Shown here: positions 40,148 to 51,959 of the stretch, one piece after another
How positions within the stretch are numbered: the stretch's first letter is position 1
Layout: each line of letters starts with the position of its first letter
Assembly (NCBI GenBank): GCA_964016885.1
Contig: OZ024747.1
Location: forward strand, 54,622,001 to 54,686,000
DNA length: 64,000 bases
Direction: 5' to 3'
Origin: Eledone cirrhosa
Lineage: Eukaryota
Notes under the pieces: model-generated
Databases searched by the model: none
The model's input: only the letters and a program-made list of their open reading frames with translations
Told to the model about the DNA's origin: nothing
Translations under genes and position numbers: made by a program

Positions 40148-43100
40148 TCAGATATTCAGGACGTATCGGAGGGTTCTTGCCGTTCCAAGCAAGCATGCCT
40201 TTTGAAGCGTTCCAAAAAGCGTGAAGGGGCCGATTTTCTTTAACCATCCCTGGAAACCTTTGGAGATAGTCCCCAGTGCGCCTATGACAATCGGGATCAC
40301 TTTGACTTCATGGCAGTTCCAAATCCTTTTCACCTCCCACTTTAGGTCCTGGTATCGGTTAATTTTCTCCCTCTCCTTCTCTTGCACTCTCGTGTCGAAC
40401 GGGCAGGCCACATCCACAATCAGGCACGATCTTTTTTCTTTGTCCACAACCACCAGGTCAGGTCTATTGTGTTCCAGTTTTTTGTCCGTCTGTATCCTAA
40501 AATCCCACAGCACCTTCACCTGACTGTTCTCCATCACCGCCTCTGGCCTATGCTCATACCATTTCTCAGAATGTGGTAGATTGTTTACTTTGCACAGGTG
40601 CCAGTGGATCACCCTGCCCATCACATCGTGTCTCCAGCCCTTATAGTGGGTCTGGGCTAGGTGTTTACACTCGGACACAATGTGAGCCACAGTCTCCTCT
40701 CTCTCTCCACAGATCCTGCACAGTGGGCTAGCCTCCTCCTTGTAGATATGGTGCTTCAACCACTTCGTTTTGAGGGCCTGCTCCTGCGCAGCCATTAGCA
40801 TTCCTTCTGTAGCCTTTTTGAGGTCTCCTCTTCTCAACCAGTTCCATGTCTGTGGATCTCTAAATTCAGTTTTCTCAAAGAAGGTACTATGAAGGGATTT
40901 TCCCTTAAGGCTGCTCTTCCTCCTTGATGTTATTTCCTCCTTGGGTATCCCCTGGCCTACTGTCCCCTCCTTCAGTACAGCTCTGAGCATTGGCTCCTTA
41001 CTATAGGTCATGTATTTGTATAGGTTGTTTTTCTCCATCTGAACACAGTCCTCTATGCTGATAAGACCTCTTCCACCCTCAGATCTCCTTAGGTAGAGTC
41101 TATCGACATCACTCCTCTTGTGGAACATGTTGTAGATAGTCAATAGCTTCCTAGTCTTCCTATCCATTTCTTTTTGTTCAGCAACATTCCATCTCAGAAT
41201 TCCCGCACTGTACCTAATAATAGACACAGCTCGGGAATTTACTGCGCTTATGGCATTTCTGCTGTTCAGATGTGACTTCAATACGCTCCTTACTCTCCGA
41301 ATGTATTCAGTTCTTAACAATTCCTTCATTTTTTTGTTCTTTATGCCATCAGCCTCCAGAACGCCCAAATACTTGTATCCTTCCTCAGAGTCAATTTCCT
41401 TTATCATCTCACCTGTTGGTATCTGGATCCCGTTACTTCTGCTCAACCTACCCCTCCTCATCACAATGACTCCACATTTACCAATACCAAACTGCATACA
41501 TATATCACTGCTGAAAATACGGACAGTGTCAACAAGCACATCCAACTCCTTCTCACTTTTCCCGAAGAGCTTAAGATCGTCCATGAAGAGGAGGTGATTG
41601 ATGGTAAGCTCTCCCCTTCCCAACTTGTATCCTGCTCTCACTTTTCGCAGCATAATGGTCAAGGGCATCAGGGCAAGGACAAACAACAGAGGGGACAGGC
41701 TATCTCCCTGGAAGATACCTCTCTTGATCTTCACGCTTCCCAAGGATACTCCAGTTGATGTCAACTCTGTCTCCCAGGACCCCATACTCCTGCCCAGCAA
41801 CTGTCTGATGTTATCTGCCACCCTGAAGATCTCCAGGCTTTTGGTGATCCAGGAATGAGGCACCATGTCAAATGCCTTTCTGTAGTCTATCCATCCCATG
41901 GCAAGATCAGTGTGTCTCCTCCTGCAATTCCCCATTACCATCTTATCAATAAGCAACTGGTCCTTTGTACCACGTGACTTCTTTCGGCATCCTTTCTGTT
42001 CGTCCGGCAACAAGTTGTTTGTGTGGAGGTGATGGTAGATTTCCTCAGACACAATGCTCGTCAACAGTTTCCACATTACGGGCAGACATGTGATAGGTCT
42101 ATAGTTGGTAACATCATTACCCTTGATTCGGTCTTTCATTATCAGAACTGTAGTACCTTTTGTCAACCACTCTGGCACCTCACCCGACACCAAGCAGTCA
42201 TTGAACATGGCCGTCAGCTTCGGGTGGAGGGATGTTAAATGTTTAATCCAATACCCCTGCACACCATCTGGGCCTGGTGATTTCCAGTTGGTTAGTTTTT
42301 TGGCTTGCCCCTTAAGAGTTTCAACTGTGATACTCAAATCAGTCTGTTGCTGTGCCTGCTCACCGATCTCCCTCTGTACTGTCTCAATCCACCCTGCCTG
42401 GGCATTGTGTCTAACATCCTGCTCCCATATTCCTCTCCATAATGTTTTAGCTTGTTCCGCCCCAGGGATCAAGTCGTTGCCTCTTTCTTTCCCCTCAAGC
42501 TGTCCAAACAGCATCTTCTGGTTGTTGTCGAACATGCGGTTCTGTTTATACTGACTGACTTTGTTCTCGTATCGCCTGATTTTGGCACTCTTTGCTACAA
42601 TGCGTTGCTTCAATTCCTCTATGATAATATTTAGCTTTTTACTCCTAGTTTTGTATTTTATTTCCAGTCTATTTTTAGTGCCTATGTTTTTTAGTGTCCC
42701 ATTCAGTAGTGACTCAAGCTTTCCTATGTCATTTCTCATTTCCCCGATTTGCCCACTCAGTCGCTTCTTCCACCACGGCTCTGCTCTTTCTTGTCTGTTG
42801 TTTCCTCTCGCTTTTATACCAAGTAGTTTCCTCACCGTATTTGCTGTTGCTTTGAGGATATTGTTGCACTGGTGAAGACTCCTCGCCTCAAGGTATGGGA
42901 TGACTTTGTTTACCTTAGCTGTTGTTTCTTTTAACTTTTTCCTGTCTACAAATCTTAGGTTCATAGGTCTCCCACTATCATTGTTCAACTCATCTACCAC
43001 TAAATTTAGGATGTCAACCGAATCTTGTCCTAGCCCGTCAGCATTCATCTCCTCAGTGGCCGTATCTCTGTTCCAGGTATTATTTATCTCAGTATTCAGA

Positions 43101-43540
43101 TCATTGTCGGCTTCGGGTGGTTCCTCCGTTCTCAGGACCTCCTCACCTTCATTTCCCGCCGGCTCGCTTGTCTGGCATACTACACCCGCCATCTCCAAGC
43201 CATTCTCTCTGCTCAGTTCCTCCAGTTCCAGCTCGCTTATCCACCCATTAGTTCTTATTACCCGAGCCTGCCCGGCCAATTTTTGTTCATCTAATTTAAA
43301 TAAACCAATCTCGTTCCAGATGTTATGCATCCGTCTCCTGTAGCCCCTCTCCTTGGGGTTACTTTTCAGGTAGCATTGCATAACAGTTCTATTCAATTCT
43401 TTCGTCCAGTTGGTTCTGGCCCCTTTCCTTCTTCTTCTTCCTCCAACATCAGCAGTATTTGGTTGACAGTCAGGTTCCTGCTGCTGAGCCAGGGGGCACC
43501 TGTTGGGTGAGAGTCTGTCACATGACGTTCTAGTCTCCAT
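40148..43540 (-). CDS. 1130-aa RT / restriction-like endonuclease polyprotein (Dong/R4)
   Basis: N-terminal WTKELN..VM.CY...GYRRRM..IW; KSPGPDG, NYRPITCL, GIFQGDSLSP, FMDDLKL; CRICGEREETVAHIVSEC; RHD; NRPDLV...VDVACP...KINRYQDL; no stops. Confidence 0.95.
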   Translation of the reverse strand: METRTSCDRLSPNRCPLAQQQEPDCQPNTADVGGRRRRKGARTNWTKELNRTVMQCYLKSNPKERGYRRRMHNIWNEIGLFKLDEQKLAGQARVIRTNGWISELELEELSRENGLEMAGVVCQTSEPAGNEGEEVLRTEEPPEADNDLNTEINNTWNRDTATEEMNADGLGQDSVDILNLVVDELNNDSGRPMNLRFVDRKKLKETTAKVNKVIPYLEARSLHQCNNILKATANTVRKLLGIKARGNNRQERAEPWWKKRLSGQIGEMRNDIGKLESLLNGTLKNIGTKNRLEIKYKTRSKKLNIIIEELKQRIVAKSAKIRRYENKVSQYKQNRMFDNNQKMLFGQLEGKERGNDLIPGAEQAKTLWRGIWEQDVRHNAQAGWIETVQREIGEQAQQQTDLSITVETLKGQAKKLTNWKSPGPDGVQGYWIKHLTSLHPKLTAMFNDCLVSGEVPEWLTKGTTVLIMKDRIKGNDVTNYRPITCLPVMWKLLTSIVSEEIYHHLHTNNLLPDEQKGCRKKSRGTKDQLLIDKMVMGNCRRRHTDLAMGWIDYRKAFDMVPHSWITKSLEIFRVADNIRQLLGRSMGSWETELTSTGVSLGSVKIKRGIFQGDSLSPLLFVLALMPLTIMLRKVRAGYKLGRGELTINHLLFMDDLKLFGKSEKELDVLVDTVRIFSSDICMQFGIGKCGVIVMRRGRLSRSNGIQIPTGEMIKEIDSEEGYKYLGVLEADGIKNKKMKELLRTEYIRRVRSVLKSHLNSRNAISAVNSRAVSIIRYSAGILRWNVAEQKEMDRKTRKLLTIYNMFHKRSDVDRLYLRRSEGGRGLISIEDCVQMEKNNLYKYMTYSKEPMLRAVLKEGTVGQGIPKEEITSRRKSSLKGKSLHSTFFEKTEFRDPQTWNWLRRGDLKKATEGMLMAAQEQALKTKWLKHHIYKEEASPLCRICGEREETVAHIVSECKHLAQTHYKGWRHDVMGRVIHWHLCKVNNLPHSEKWYEHRPEAVMENSQVKVLWDFRIQTDKKLEHNRPDLVVVDKEKRSCLIVDVACPFDTRVQEKEREKINRYQDLKWEVKRIWNCHEVKVIPIVIGALGTISKGFQGWLKKIGPFTLFGTLQKACLLGTARTLRYVLNI

Positions 43541-44112
43541 TTCACCGTTATTCGAACTGTTTATGTTCGATATTTAAACACTCTTATCGAGGATTGGCGA
43601 ATGTATGTTTACATAGCCATCTGTGGATCCGCCATCCCACTTGGCCCTTGTGTGGCATTATCACCACGCTGTATACGGACACACATAAACAAACAAACAC
43701 ACGGGCAGAAAGGGCCCCAAAAATGAATAAGCATAAGTTTCATTGTAATGTAGTATTCGAATGTCTGACTTAGTTTTTGTTTTTTAAGTTTTACTTTTTC
43801 CCCCCTCTTCTCTGTCCGTCCGCCTGCTTCTCTCTTCATTCTTATTTTCTTTACGTTTTTGGGGTTTCTTTTTTTGTTTTTGTTTTTCTCTGTTTTTCTC
43901 GTTTTTTACTGTTGTTGCTGTGCTGCTTTTGTTGTTTGTTTTTTCTTTTTTCTTTTGAGTCTATCTATATATTTTGATGCCTTCCTCTTTGTTAGTAGTA
44001 GGAATTCTATAATGTGGAAGTGGTAGCCAGCAGAGACTGGCGGCGTTGGCGATACTGAGACAGTGGTGGTGGTGATGTCGATACCGAGGCAGTGGTGGCG
44101 GTGATGCGACCG

Positions 44113-44752
44113 TATTACTGTAGTGATGGTGCTGTAGCGGTGGCAGCAGCAGTGAAGGAGTCAGGGGGTGGTGGCGGCGGTGATGGGATAGTGGTGGTAA
44201 TGATGGCCGTAGTGAGCGGTGGCGGTGAAGGTGAAAATGCTGTTGTGTTTAGTGTACACAGATGATGGGGTGGGTGGTGTATCTAGTTTCTGGTGTTGGT
44301 GAGTTTCGCTGTCCTATATAGTGTAGCCAGAGGAGAGGAGGGGGAGGGGGGTTCTTCTTCTTCCATTTATAGCCATTTTATTTTTTTTTTGGATATACAG
44401 TGTACAATACAAAGTTGAATATTTGAATATTTGAGCCATATTACTGTAGTGATGGTGCTGTAGCGGTGGCAGCAGCAGTGAAGGAGTCAAGGGTGGTGGC
44501 GGCGGTGATGGGATAGTGGTGGTAATGATGGCCGTAGTGAGCGGTGGCGGTGAAGGTGAAAATGCTGTTGTGTTTAGTGTACACAGATGATGGGGTGGGT
44601 GGTGTATCTAGTTTCTGGTGTTGGTGAGTTTAGCTGTCCTATATAGTGTAGCCAGAGGAGAGGAGGGGGGGGGGGTTCTTCTTCCATTTATAGCCATTTT
44701 TTTTTGGATATACAGTGTACAATACAAAGTTGAATATTTGAATATTTGAGCC
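44113..44752. repeat. ~320-bp tandem duplication in the putative Dong 5' leader
   Basis: 44113-44437 and 44439-44752 are nearly identical, differing mostly in homopolymer and short-repeat lengths. Confidence 0.9.
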
Positions 44753-44918
44753 TTATAACAATATATTTTGGGTCCGAATTTTTTTGGGGCTCAAGCCGGG
44801 TGCTTTACGTAGCATTTGTACTAAGAGTTGTTATTTCACAAATGATTTAAATATGTTAAAAATTCAAAACTTACGGGAGCGATTTCATGACCTCCGTCAC
44901 CTCGTGCGTCTTCTTCCC

Positions 44919-44971
<53 letters not shown>

Positions 44972-45180
44972 GGCGACCTACTAAGTAAATCGTATCATCG
45001 TGAGTTCCGCAAAGGTTTGTTATTTCCGTTTGTTAAAAATTGTCATTTATGGAAAATTTCATTGTTAACTGTTTATAAGCGCACATACATTGTTTTCCGA
45101 AAAGGACACCCAAAAAGATTGGGGCCTTGTGCCCAAAATTTTAACTTTTATTATTATCCAAAAATTTCTTTGAGAAAAAA

Positions 45181-47175
45181 ATGGCTAATTCCCCTCTGCA
45201 CGAAGCAGCTGAAAGCCTTCCTCACAAAATAACACCTCACACCGACACCACCATTGTAAATGTTACTACGTTTGCCAACACAAAAAAAAATATAAGCAGT
45301 AGCAATATTTTTAATTTGTCTCAGGCAGACATTCATTTCCCGCCATTACCAATGACTACAGGTGTTAAAGCCTCCACCACCACCACCACCGCGACAACCA
45401 CCACCCCCACCACCACCGCGACAACAGAAACAAAAGAAGAAAAAAATAAATTAACTCGTGATGTCGAAATGAAATCAAGCAAAATGGACTCTTCCGCACC
45501 AAAGACGAATGACGTCACCACCACCACAACTGAAACAAAAATTAAGATTAACACAAATAACGATAGCAACAACAACAACAGTGACATTATAAAACCGACC
45601 CTCAGTTTCGCCATCGTAGCAAAACAATTCGAAGCGTTCACGGTAACTCAAGAAGATTTAGAAAATGCCAAACAAATGGTAAAGAAAGATGGGTACAGGG
45701 TCAGCCTCACTACCCCACCTAATAAAATGGAGCATCGGCGCCTGTGCACCGTGTCGTATAGAACAATAAATGTAAAATCGCGCCGAGTGGAACGGGCATC
45801 CGAGTCCCAAATCCAAAACGCTTTGGGACATGTGTGGGCAAGAAAAACCCACATCAGACGTGGGCAAAAGTATGGAACCGTGGATATGTTCTTTGAAACA
45901 CCAGAGGAGGCTAGAGAACACTCCATGGCCCCATTAAAAAGTGACGACCTCACACTCGTCCCAAGCTATTGTGGCCAGAGACTCGTAAAGATCAGGGTGA
46001 CCCACGTTCCACCGGCCATCGAAATTCCCTGGCTAATAGCGGCTGTCCTCGCCGGCATCGAGGCCAACACGAAAATAATAGCAATAGCAAAAGAAAAGCA
46101 GGAAAACTGGTCCGGATCTGGGATGGAGCTCCTGATCCAAGCGGACCAAAAAAGCATTGAGGAGATCCCAGAGGTAATAGACCTCAACGACGGCAGCCAC
46201 CTCACGGTAATTGTCGAGGGCAGAAGACCTAGGTGTGTCGTTTGTGGTGAAGGAACCCACCTAAGGGCTTTCTGCCCTCAGGCTAAAAGGTTGAGGCCAC
46301 CTCTCCTACCCACCCCAGTGACACAACCATCAACACCACCAGTAGCAGAGATGGCAGCAACAACTGTAGCAGCAACAACAGAAGCAACTATAACAGCAAC
46401 AACCCCAGCAACAGTAGCAAAACCAACACCACTACCACCACCAGCAAAACCAACACCACCACCACCCAACGCTTCAGAGCTAGCACCAGCGCCTACACCA
46501 TCCACCACACCACAACCAAAACTAACGGCTGTGGAGGATTTTCCACTCCCCGGCCTATCACAACTGGAGACAGATTGTGACGACGAGGAGTGGGAAACGA
46601 TATCCGGAAAAAAAAAAAGAAACCAAAAAAGAAAAAATTCTCTTCCTTCCCCCTCCAAAAACAAAATACAGAGGGAAACAAATAAACTAAGAAACAAAAA
46701 AGTTAGGACAGATATGCCACCATCCACACCAGCATCACCAACCCCATCAACCCAAACACCAACACCATTACCATCATTAACTCCAACACCACCATCACCT
46801 ACACCACAAAAGTCACCAAAATGCGAAACAGAAACAAACCCACAACAAACGCAAACAAAACAAAACAACCAAAACGATACACACTACACAGCATTAAATT
46901 TGAACAACAAGCAATTATTACACTACATCCAACACAACACCAGCATCACAGAAAAAGACTACACAACAACCCCAAAATTCACACCACCTCCACACATACA
47001 AATCACTCGCATCACACAGAAAACGTACATGACACTAAAACAAAAATTCCCCAAAGACATCGGACACTTCCGACAAGCACTCTCCAGGAGGATTTATAAG
47101 GACATCCTTCCTGAGGAGGCCACAAGCAGTGAAAAGGATGGAAAAACCGTCCTTCCCCTACGAGAAGTAAGGTAA
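45181..47175 (+). CDS. ORF1 gag-like nucleic-acid-binding protein
   Basis: 664-aa ORF with CCHC knuckle CVVCGEGTHLRAFC, Pro/Thr-rich linkers and basic patch WETISGKKKR. Confidence 0.88.
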   Translation: MANSPLHEAAESLPHKITPHTDTTIVNVTTFANTKKNISSSNIFNLSQADIHFPPLPMTTGVKASTTTTTATTTTPTTTATTETKEEKNKLTRDVEMKSSKMDSSAPKTNDVTTTTTETKIKINTNNDSNNNNSDIIKPTLSFAIVAKQFEAFTVTQEDLENAKQMVKKDGYRVSLTTPPNKMEHRRLCTVSYRTINVKSRRVERASESQIQNALGHVWARKTHIRRGQKYGTVDMFFETPEEAREHSMAPLKSDDLTLVPSYCGQRLVKIRVTHVPPAIEIPWLIAAVLAGIEANTKIIAIAKEKQENWSGSGMELLIQADQKSIEEIPEVIDLNDGSHLTVIVEGRRPRCVVCGEGTHLRAFCPQAKRLRPPLLPTPVTQPSTPPVAEMAATTVAATTEATITATTPATVAKPTPLPPPAKPTPPPPNASELAPAPTPSTTPQPKLTAVEDFPLPGLSQLETDCDDEEWETISGKKKRNQKRKNSLPSPSKNKIQRETNKLRNKKVRTDMPPSTPASPTPSTQTPTPLPSLTPTPPSPTPQKSPKCETETNPQQTQTKQNNQNDTHYTALNLNNKQLLHYIQHNTSITEKDYTTTPKFTPPPHIQITRITQKTYMTLKQKFPKDIGHFRQALSRRIYKDILPEEATSSEKDGKTVLPLREVR

Positions 47176-47209
47176 GTGGTCTTTCCCATCTTTTCCACTC
47201 CTTTTCAAC

Positions 47210-50200
47210 ATGACCTCACTCAGAATAGGCAGCATAAATGCGCGTGGCTTGGGGTCGTCATGGAAGCAGGGCCACCTGCTCAACGACCTAAGGTCACTAA
47301 ACATAGATGTAGTGGCCATCAGCGAGACAAGAATCTCCGAAGCACAGGCTTTCGCACCGATCTTCGGCGGCTACGATGTGTACGCATCTCCCAGCCGTCC
47401 GGGATCGGGGGGAGGAGTAGCTGTGCTTTTTCGGAGAGGGTTGGATCTTGCCATACGGGCCATCTTCCTGGACCCAGAAGGTAAGTTGGTGGTGCTGGAC
47501 GTGACCAGCGGAGACGGGCAAGCTTTCAGGTTAGTGGCCGTCTATGCCCCGACAGGAGCAGGGCGGCATGATTTCTTCCGGCGTCTGGAGACTTTTCTTG
47601 GAACGTCCCGCTCTTTAGTGTTGGTAGGCGACTGGAACGGGATCTTAGATACACGCTGGGATTGTGTGGGATTAGTGGATAGGGAAGGAGGGTGCAAGAG
47701 TCTCACCAACCTGCTCAGACGTTTTGAACTGTCTGACAGGTACCGAATGGATTTCCCGAATGTACCAATGTGGACTTGGACAAATCGCATAGGGTCATCC
47801 AGATCATATCTAGATAGAGTATTTTGTATGGAAATAGATAAGTCTAGCATAGGCTGTCCACAATTCAAGATAGTCAGCTACACGGACCACAAATTCGTGA
47901 TCTGTGTACTTGACTTAGATAGGCTTCATAGGCGAGGACCCGGCTACTGCAAGCTAAATGCGTCCTTACCAGCGCGCAAGGCCTACAGAGACCGGATTAG
48001 CGAACTAGTTAAGCGGGCGCTGACGGGGGCCATCGTCAACAACAAGTGGTGGTTTGCTCTGAAAAGAGCAATTAGAATAGAGTCCATTAGGTTTAGTAAG
48101 ACTTTAGCAATAGAGAAAAATAGAGCAGAGGGAGAACTAGTTAGAAAATTAGATGAGGCGCTTAGCAAGGGCATCGCGACCGACGTGCTTGCGGCGAAAT
48201 TGGCCCTTGACCAATTCTTCAATGCAAAGCACGAAGTCTGCGTTGTCAGAGCTAGGGTGCGTGCTCTCAGACACGAGGGGACGAAAGCCGTTCAATGGGC
48301 TCGAGTGGCGGAGGCGCGTCGTGGCAATAAAGCCACGATCCGGTCTTTGGTGGACCACGACGGGCGCATGCTACTCGATCCCGGTCAAATGTGTGAAGCT
48401 TTTCAGCGACACTTCGCTCAACTGTTCGGGGGCAGTGGCGGGCCGGATCGAGGGATGGACTTCAGTGTCTACCTCGACGGACTGCCGCGGCTTTCGGCCA
48501 CTGAGGCCGAGTGTTGCGAAAAGCCGATAACAACCGCTGAAGTACGGGATGCAATAACTAGTTGCACAAGGGGTAAATCGCCTGGTTTGGATGGTCTGCC
48601 CTATGAACTTTACGTACAAATGCCAAACTTTTTCGGAGGCCTCTTGGCGGACGTCTACTACAACTGGCAACAGAACGGGAGAATTCCCAGCTCTGTGAGC
48701 CGAGGAGCGGTGGCGCTGCTGAGAAAGGATCCGAACAAGGGGGATAACATAGATAATTTTAGGCCCATAACTCTGCTAAACACAGAGTTCAAGATTTTGG
48801 CCAAGGTGCTAGCAAAGAGGTTGGCGCTTGTCGTTGGTGGTCTGGTGGGAGAGACACAGACATGCGCCATTCCCGACAGATCCATCCACGACAACCTCCA
48901 CCTCATGCGATACATCGTAGAGAGGGTAGCTAGGGAACCTGGCAAGGGTGGGTCTTTGATCAATTTAGATCAATCGAAAGCCTTCGATAGGGTCGACCAT
49001 CGTTACCTAGCGGCAGTCCTGAGGGCGGCTGGCTTTGGGCCCGTCTTCAGAGGCTGGATCGCTGCCATGCACAGCGACATCTGCTCTGTAGTGAGAGTGA
49101 ACGGTCACCTTTCGGAACCGTTCAACATCATGCGCTCGGTCCGCCAAGGATGTCCCCTCTCGTCCCTATTGTACGTATTGACTCTCGAGCCATTACTGCA
49201 CAAACTGGAGACGTTGAGGGGGGGTCCCGCGCGAACTAGGATGCGGAAGATCCGTGTCAGCATATGCCGACGATGTCACCGTAGTGGTGTCGAACGCCAA
49301 ACACATCGAGGCGATCGGCACTACACTAAGAGAATACGAAGCGGTGACAGGAGCAATGATCAACCAGGAAAAGTCAGTGGGCCTGCAGCTCGGCACATGG
49401 AGAGGCAGGTCCATGCCGTCCAACAGCGTCGTCGGGCGCTGGACGGACGGACCGGTTAAATTGCTAGGGGTCTGGTTCGGTCCAGACCTCCAGACGGACA
49501 AAAACTGGGACGAGGTGACGAGCAGGGTGGCTTCTCTCACCCAGAAATGGGCCGAGAGGAAGCTATCCCTGAAAGGTCGAGCGGAGGTGGCGAATGCGTA
49601 CATCGCATCCGTCATCTACTACCGCCTGACCGTCGTACCTTGTCCTAAGCCCCGCCTGACTGCGCTGGAGCGTTTGCTCTTTCGCTTCTTGTGGAAGGGA
49701 CGCGCTCCGATGGTCAGGCGGTCCATCTGCTGTCAACACCCGCTACGTGGAGGGCTGGGCATGCCGTGGCTGATGATGCGTAGACTCGCGCTCAGGCTAC
49801 GACATCTCCACCTCTTCCTCGACGGTGATCAGGTGTGGTCGCCGTTTGCAAGACACGTTTTTCCCCAGCTCGTCTCCTTGACGGAGCTGCAGTCCTGGGT
49901 CAAGCGAAGACCGAGAGGGAGCGCTTGGAGACTGGAATGTCTTCAGGCGCTCACAGCCCTCGACCAATCGGGCAATGTGATCGGTGGAAACTCCACCTTG
50001 GCGTTCTATAGGGGATTAGTGGAGGGGAAGAGCGACGACGTACTTGGAGAAACTCTAGGCGTCGACGAAAATCAACTAGCCAATCTCTTCGGAAGGACTT
50101 TCGGGCCGGGGCCTATGGACAACTTCCAGAAATCCCTGGCCTGGCAGTGCTACCGAGGAGCTTTGCCAGTTCGGGATAAACTCTACAGGCATGGAGGTGC

Positions 50201-50630
50201 CGTCAGGCGGGCATGTCCGAGATGCGCACAGGGCGACGAAACCGTCCTGCACGCACTCGTCCAGTGTCCGAGCATTGCTGACTTGTGGGTTTATGTCGAA
50301 CACCTGCTGTCACGTGTAGGACGGATCCAGCTATCAGCTGAGTCCATCGTGAGGATTACCCCGCCCCCTTCCTTTAGCCTGGAAGGGCAGGCAGTTTTTA
50401 TCTGTCTGGTGGCCATGGCGAAAGAGATAGTATGGTGGACACGTTTGAAAGGGCTGAAGACGAGCACTTACCTCTTCGGTGATGCCCTGATTGACATTTT
50501 CAAATTTCATTTGAAAAGGAAAATCAGGGTAGAGAGGGAAGTGCTCTCTTCCCAGCATTTTGTTGAAAGATGGGTGAGAGAAGCAAGTATGGCCCGAATG
50601 AATGGGCCTTCTCTGAGTATGTGTCTGTAA
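47210..50630 (+). CDS. ORF2 AP-endonuclease / reverse transcriptase / C-terminal zinc finger, one +1 frameshift at G7 49218-49224
   Basis: APE motifs SINARGL, AISET, VYAP, GDWN, YLDRV, TDH; RT motifs KSPGLDG, FRPITLLN, DQSKAFDRV, QGCPLS, then YADD in the next frame; CPRC-x7-H-x4-C-like finger. Removing one G gives LRGVPRELGCGRSVSAYADD. Confidence 0.92.
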
Positions 50631-50872
50631 ATTAAAGGTGGAAAACTGGGAGAGGGCACTTGCCCTGGTGGTCAGGGCCACTGTGGTCTTTTAATGGGCT
50701 TTCTCCACAAATGTCCCTTGGAAGTCTCCCCCCTATTGGGGAATTTTTCTTTGTTATTTTATTTCAACCTCTGTTTTTTTACACGCAGAAATGCTCATTT
50801 GTACCGTCCTGTATTGTCCTGTACTGTCCTTAATGTCTACTTTATGTGAACCCTTGTGGTTAATAAAGAAAA

Positions 50873-50915
<43 letters not shown>

Positions 50916-51051
50916 TAAAAAATCCAATTTAAAGTTTTCCACGGAGGTTTGTTACAATCGTGATGTGGATAACCACAAAGACGACACTCTGCAGCGGAAA
51001 ATCAACATGAACATTAAAGTAAAGAAATTGAATGAAGCAGAAACAATTCAA

Positions 51052-51347
51052 ATGATGATGATGATGATGATGATGATGATGGTGATGTTGATGGTGATGG
51101 TGATGGTGATGATGAGGTGGATGGTGATGGTGATGGTGATGGTGATGGTGATGGTGATGGTGATGGTGGTGATGGTGATGGTGAGGGTGATGATGAAGAT
51201 GATGATGATGTTGATGATGATGATGATGATGATGGTGATGATGAAGATGATGATGATGATGATGATGTTGGTGATGATGATCATGGTGATGGTGATGGTA
51301 ATGATGATGATGAAGATAATGATGATGACAGTGATGGTGATGATGAA

Positions 51348-51381
<34 letters not shown>

Positions 51382-51406
51382 GTGATGATGGTGATGGTGA
51401 TGATGA

Positions 51407-51439
<33 letters not shown>

Positions 51440-51520
51440 GTGGTGGTGTTTAAGATACTGATTAAGATGATGATGGTGATGATAATCGTTATGATAATGA
51501 TGATGATGTTGATGATGTTA
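51052..51520. repeat. (GAT/GGT)n microsatellite
   Basis: Imperfect GAT/GGT triplets. Confidence 0.9.
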
Positions 51521-51959
51521 CTAATCAACTATTTTTATCCACAAAGAACCAATACTTCCAAGAAAATAATTAAACAAGGAAATATATAGAATATGGCTAA
51601 TAAAACACAACAGAATTTACGTTGAGTAAAATCGGGTTAGTTTGAGCAATATGGATTTTGTTACTGCTAAATATTAACTAATCTTAGGTATTGATAAATA
51701 GAACTAACAGTACATGACATATTAATTCTTTCTATTACTGGCACAAGGACAGCAATTTGGGTGAAAGGAGAAATTCAATGATACAGACCCAAGTATTTAA
51801 CTGGTATTTTGTTTTATCAACCCGGAAAGACGAAAAGGAAAGTTGTCCTCAGCGGGATTTTATCTCAGAACGTAGTAATTCGTGACTAAATAGTGCCACG
51901 GAACAAAGTAATAACAACAATAATATTTTCTTTATTAGCCGGAAGTGTCATACATTAAA

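Larger units (their letters stand above)
40073..44917 (-). mobile_element. Full-length Dong/R4-clade non-LTR retrotransposon (family A)
   Basis: Single intact ORF; ~75-bp 3' UTR abuts (TAA)n; 5' boundary inferred from the next (TAA)n tract at 44918. Confidence 0.85.
44972..50873 (+). mobile_element. Full-length Tx1/L1-clade non-LTR retrotransposon in (TTA)n
   Basis: ~210-bp 5' UTR, ORF1, ORF2, 3' UTR ending AATAAAGAAAAC; (TTA)n at both junctions and no poly(A). Confidence 0.92.

Noticed and set aside
38903-43510. Plus-strand ORFs overlapping the Dong ORFs (also antisense ORFs in Tx1)
   Set aside because: Shadow ORFs of real coding sequence.
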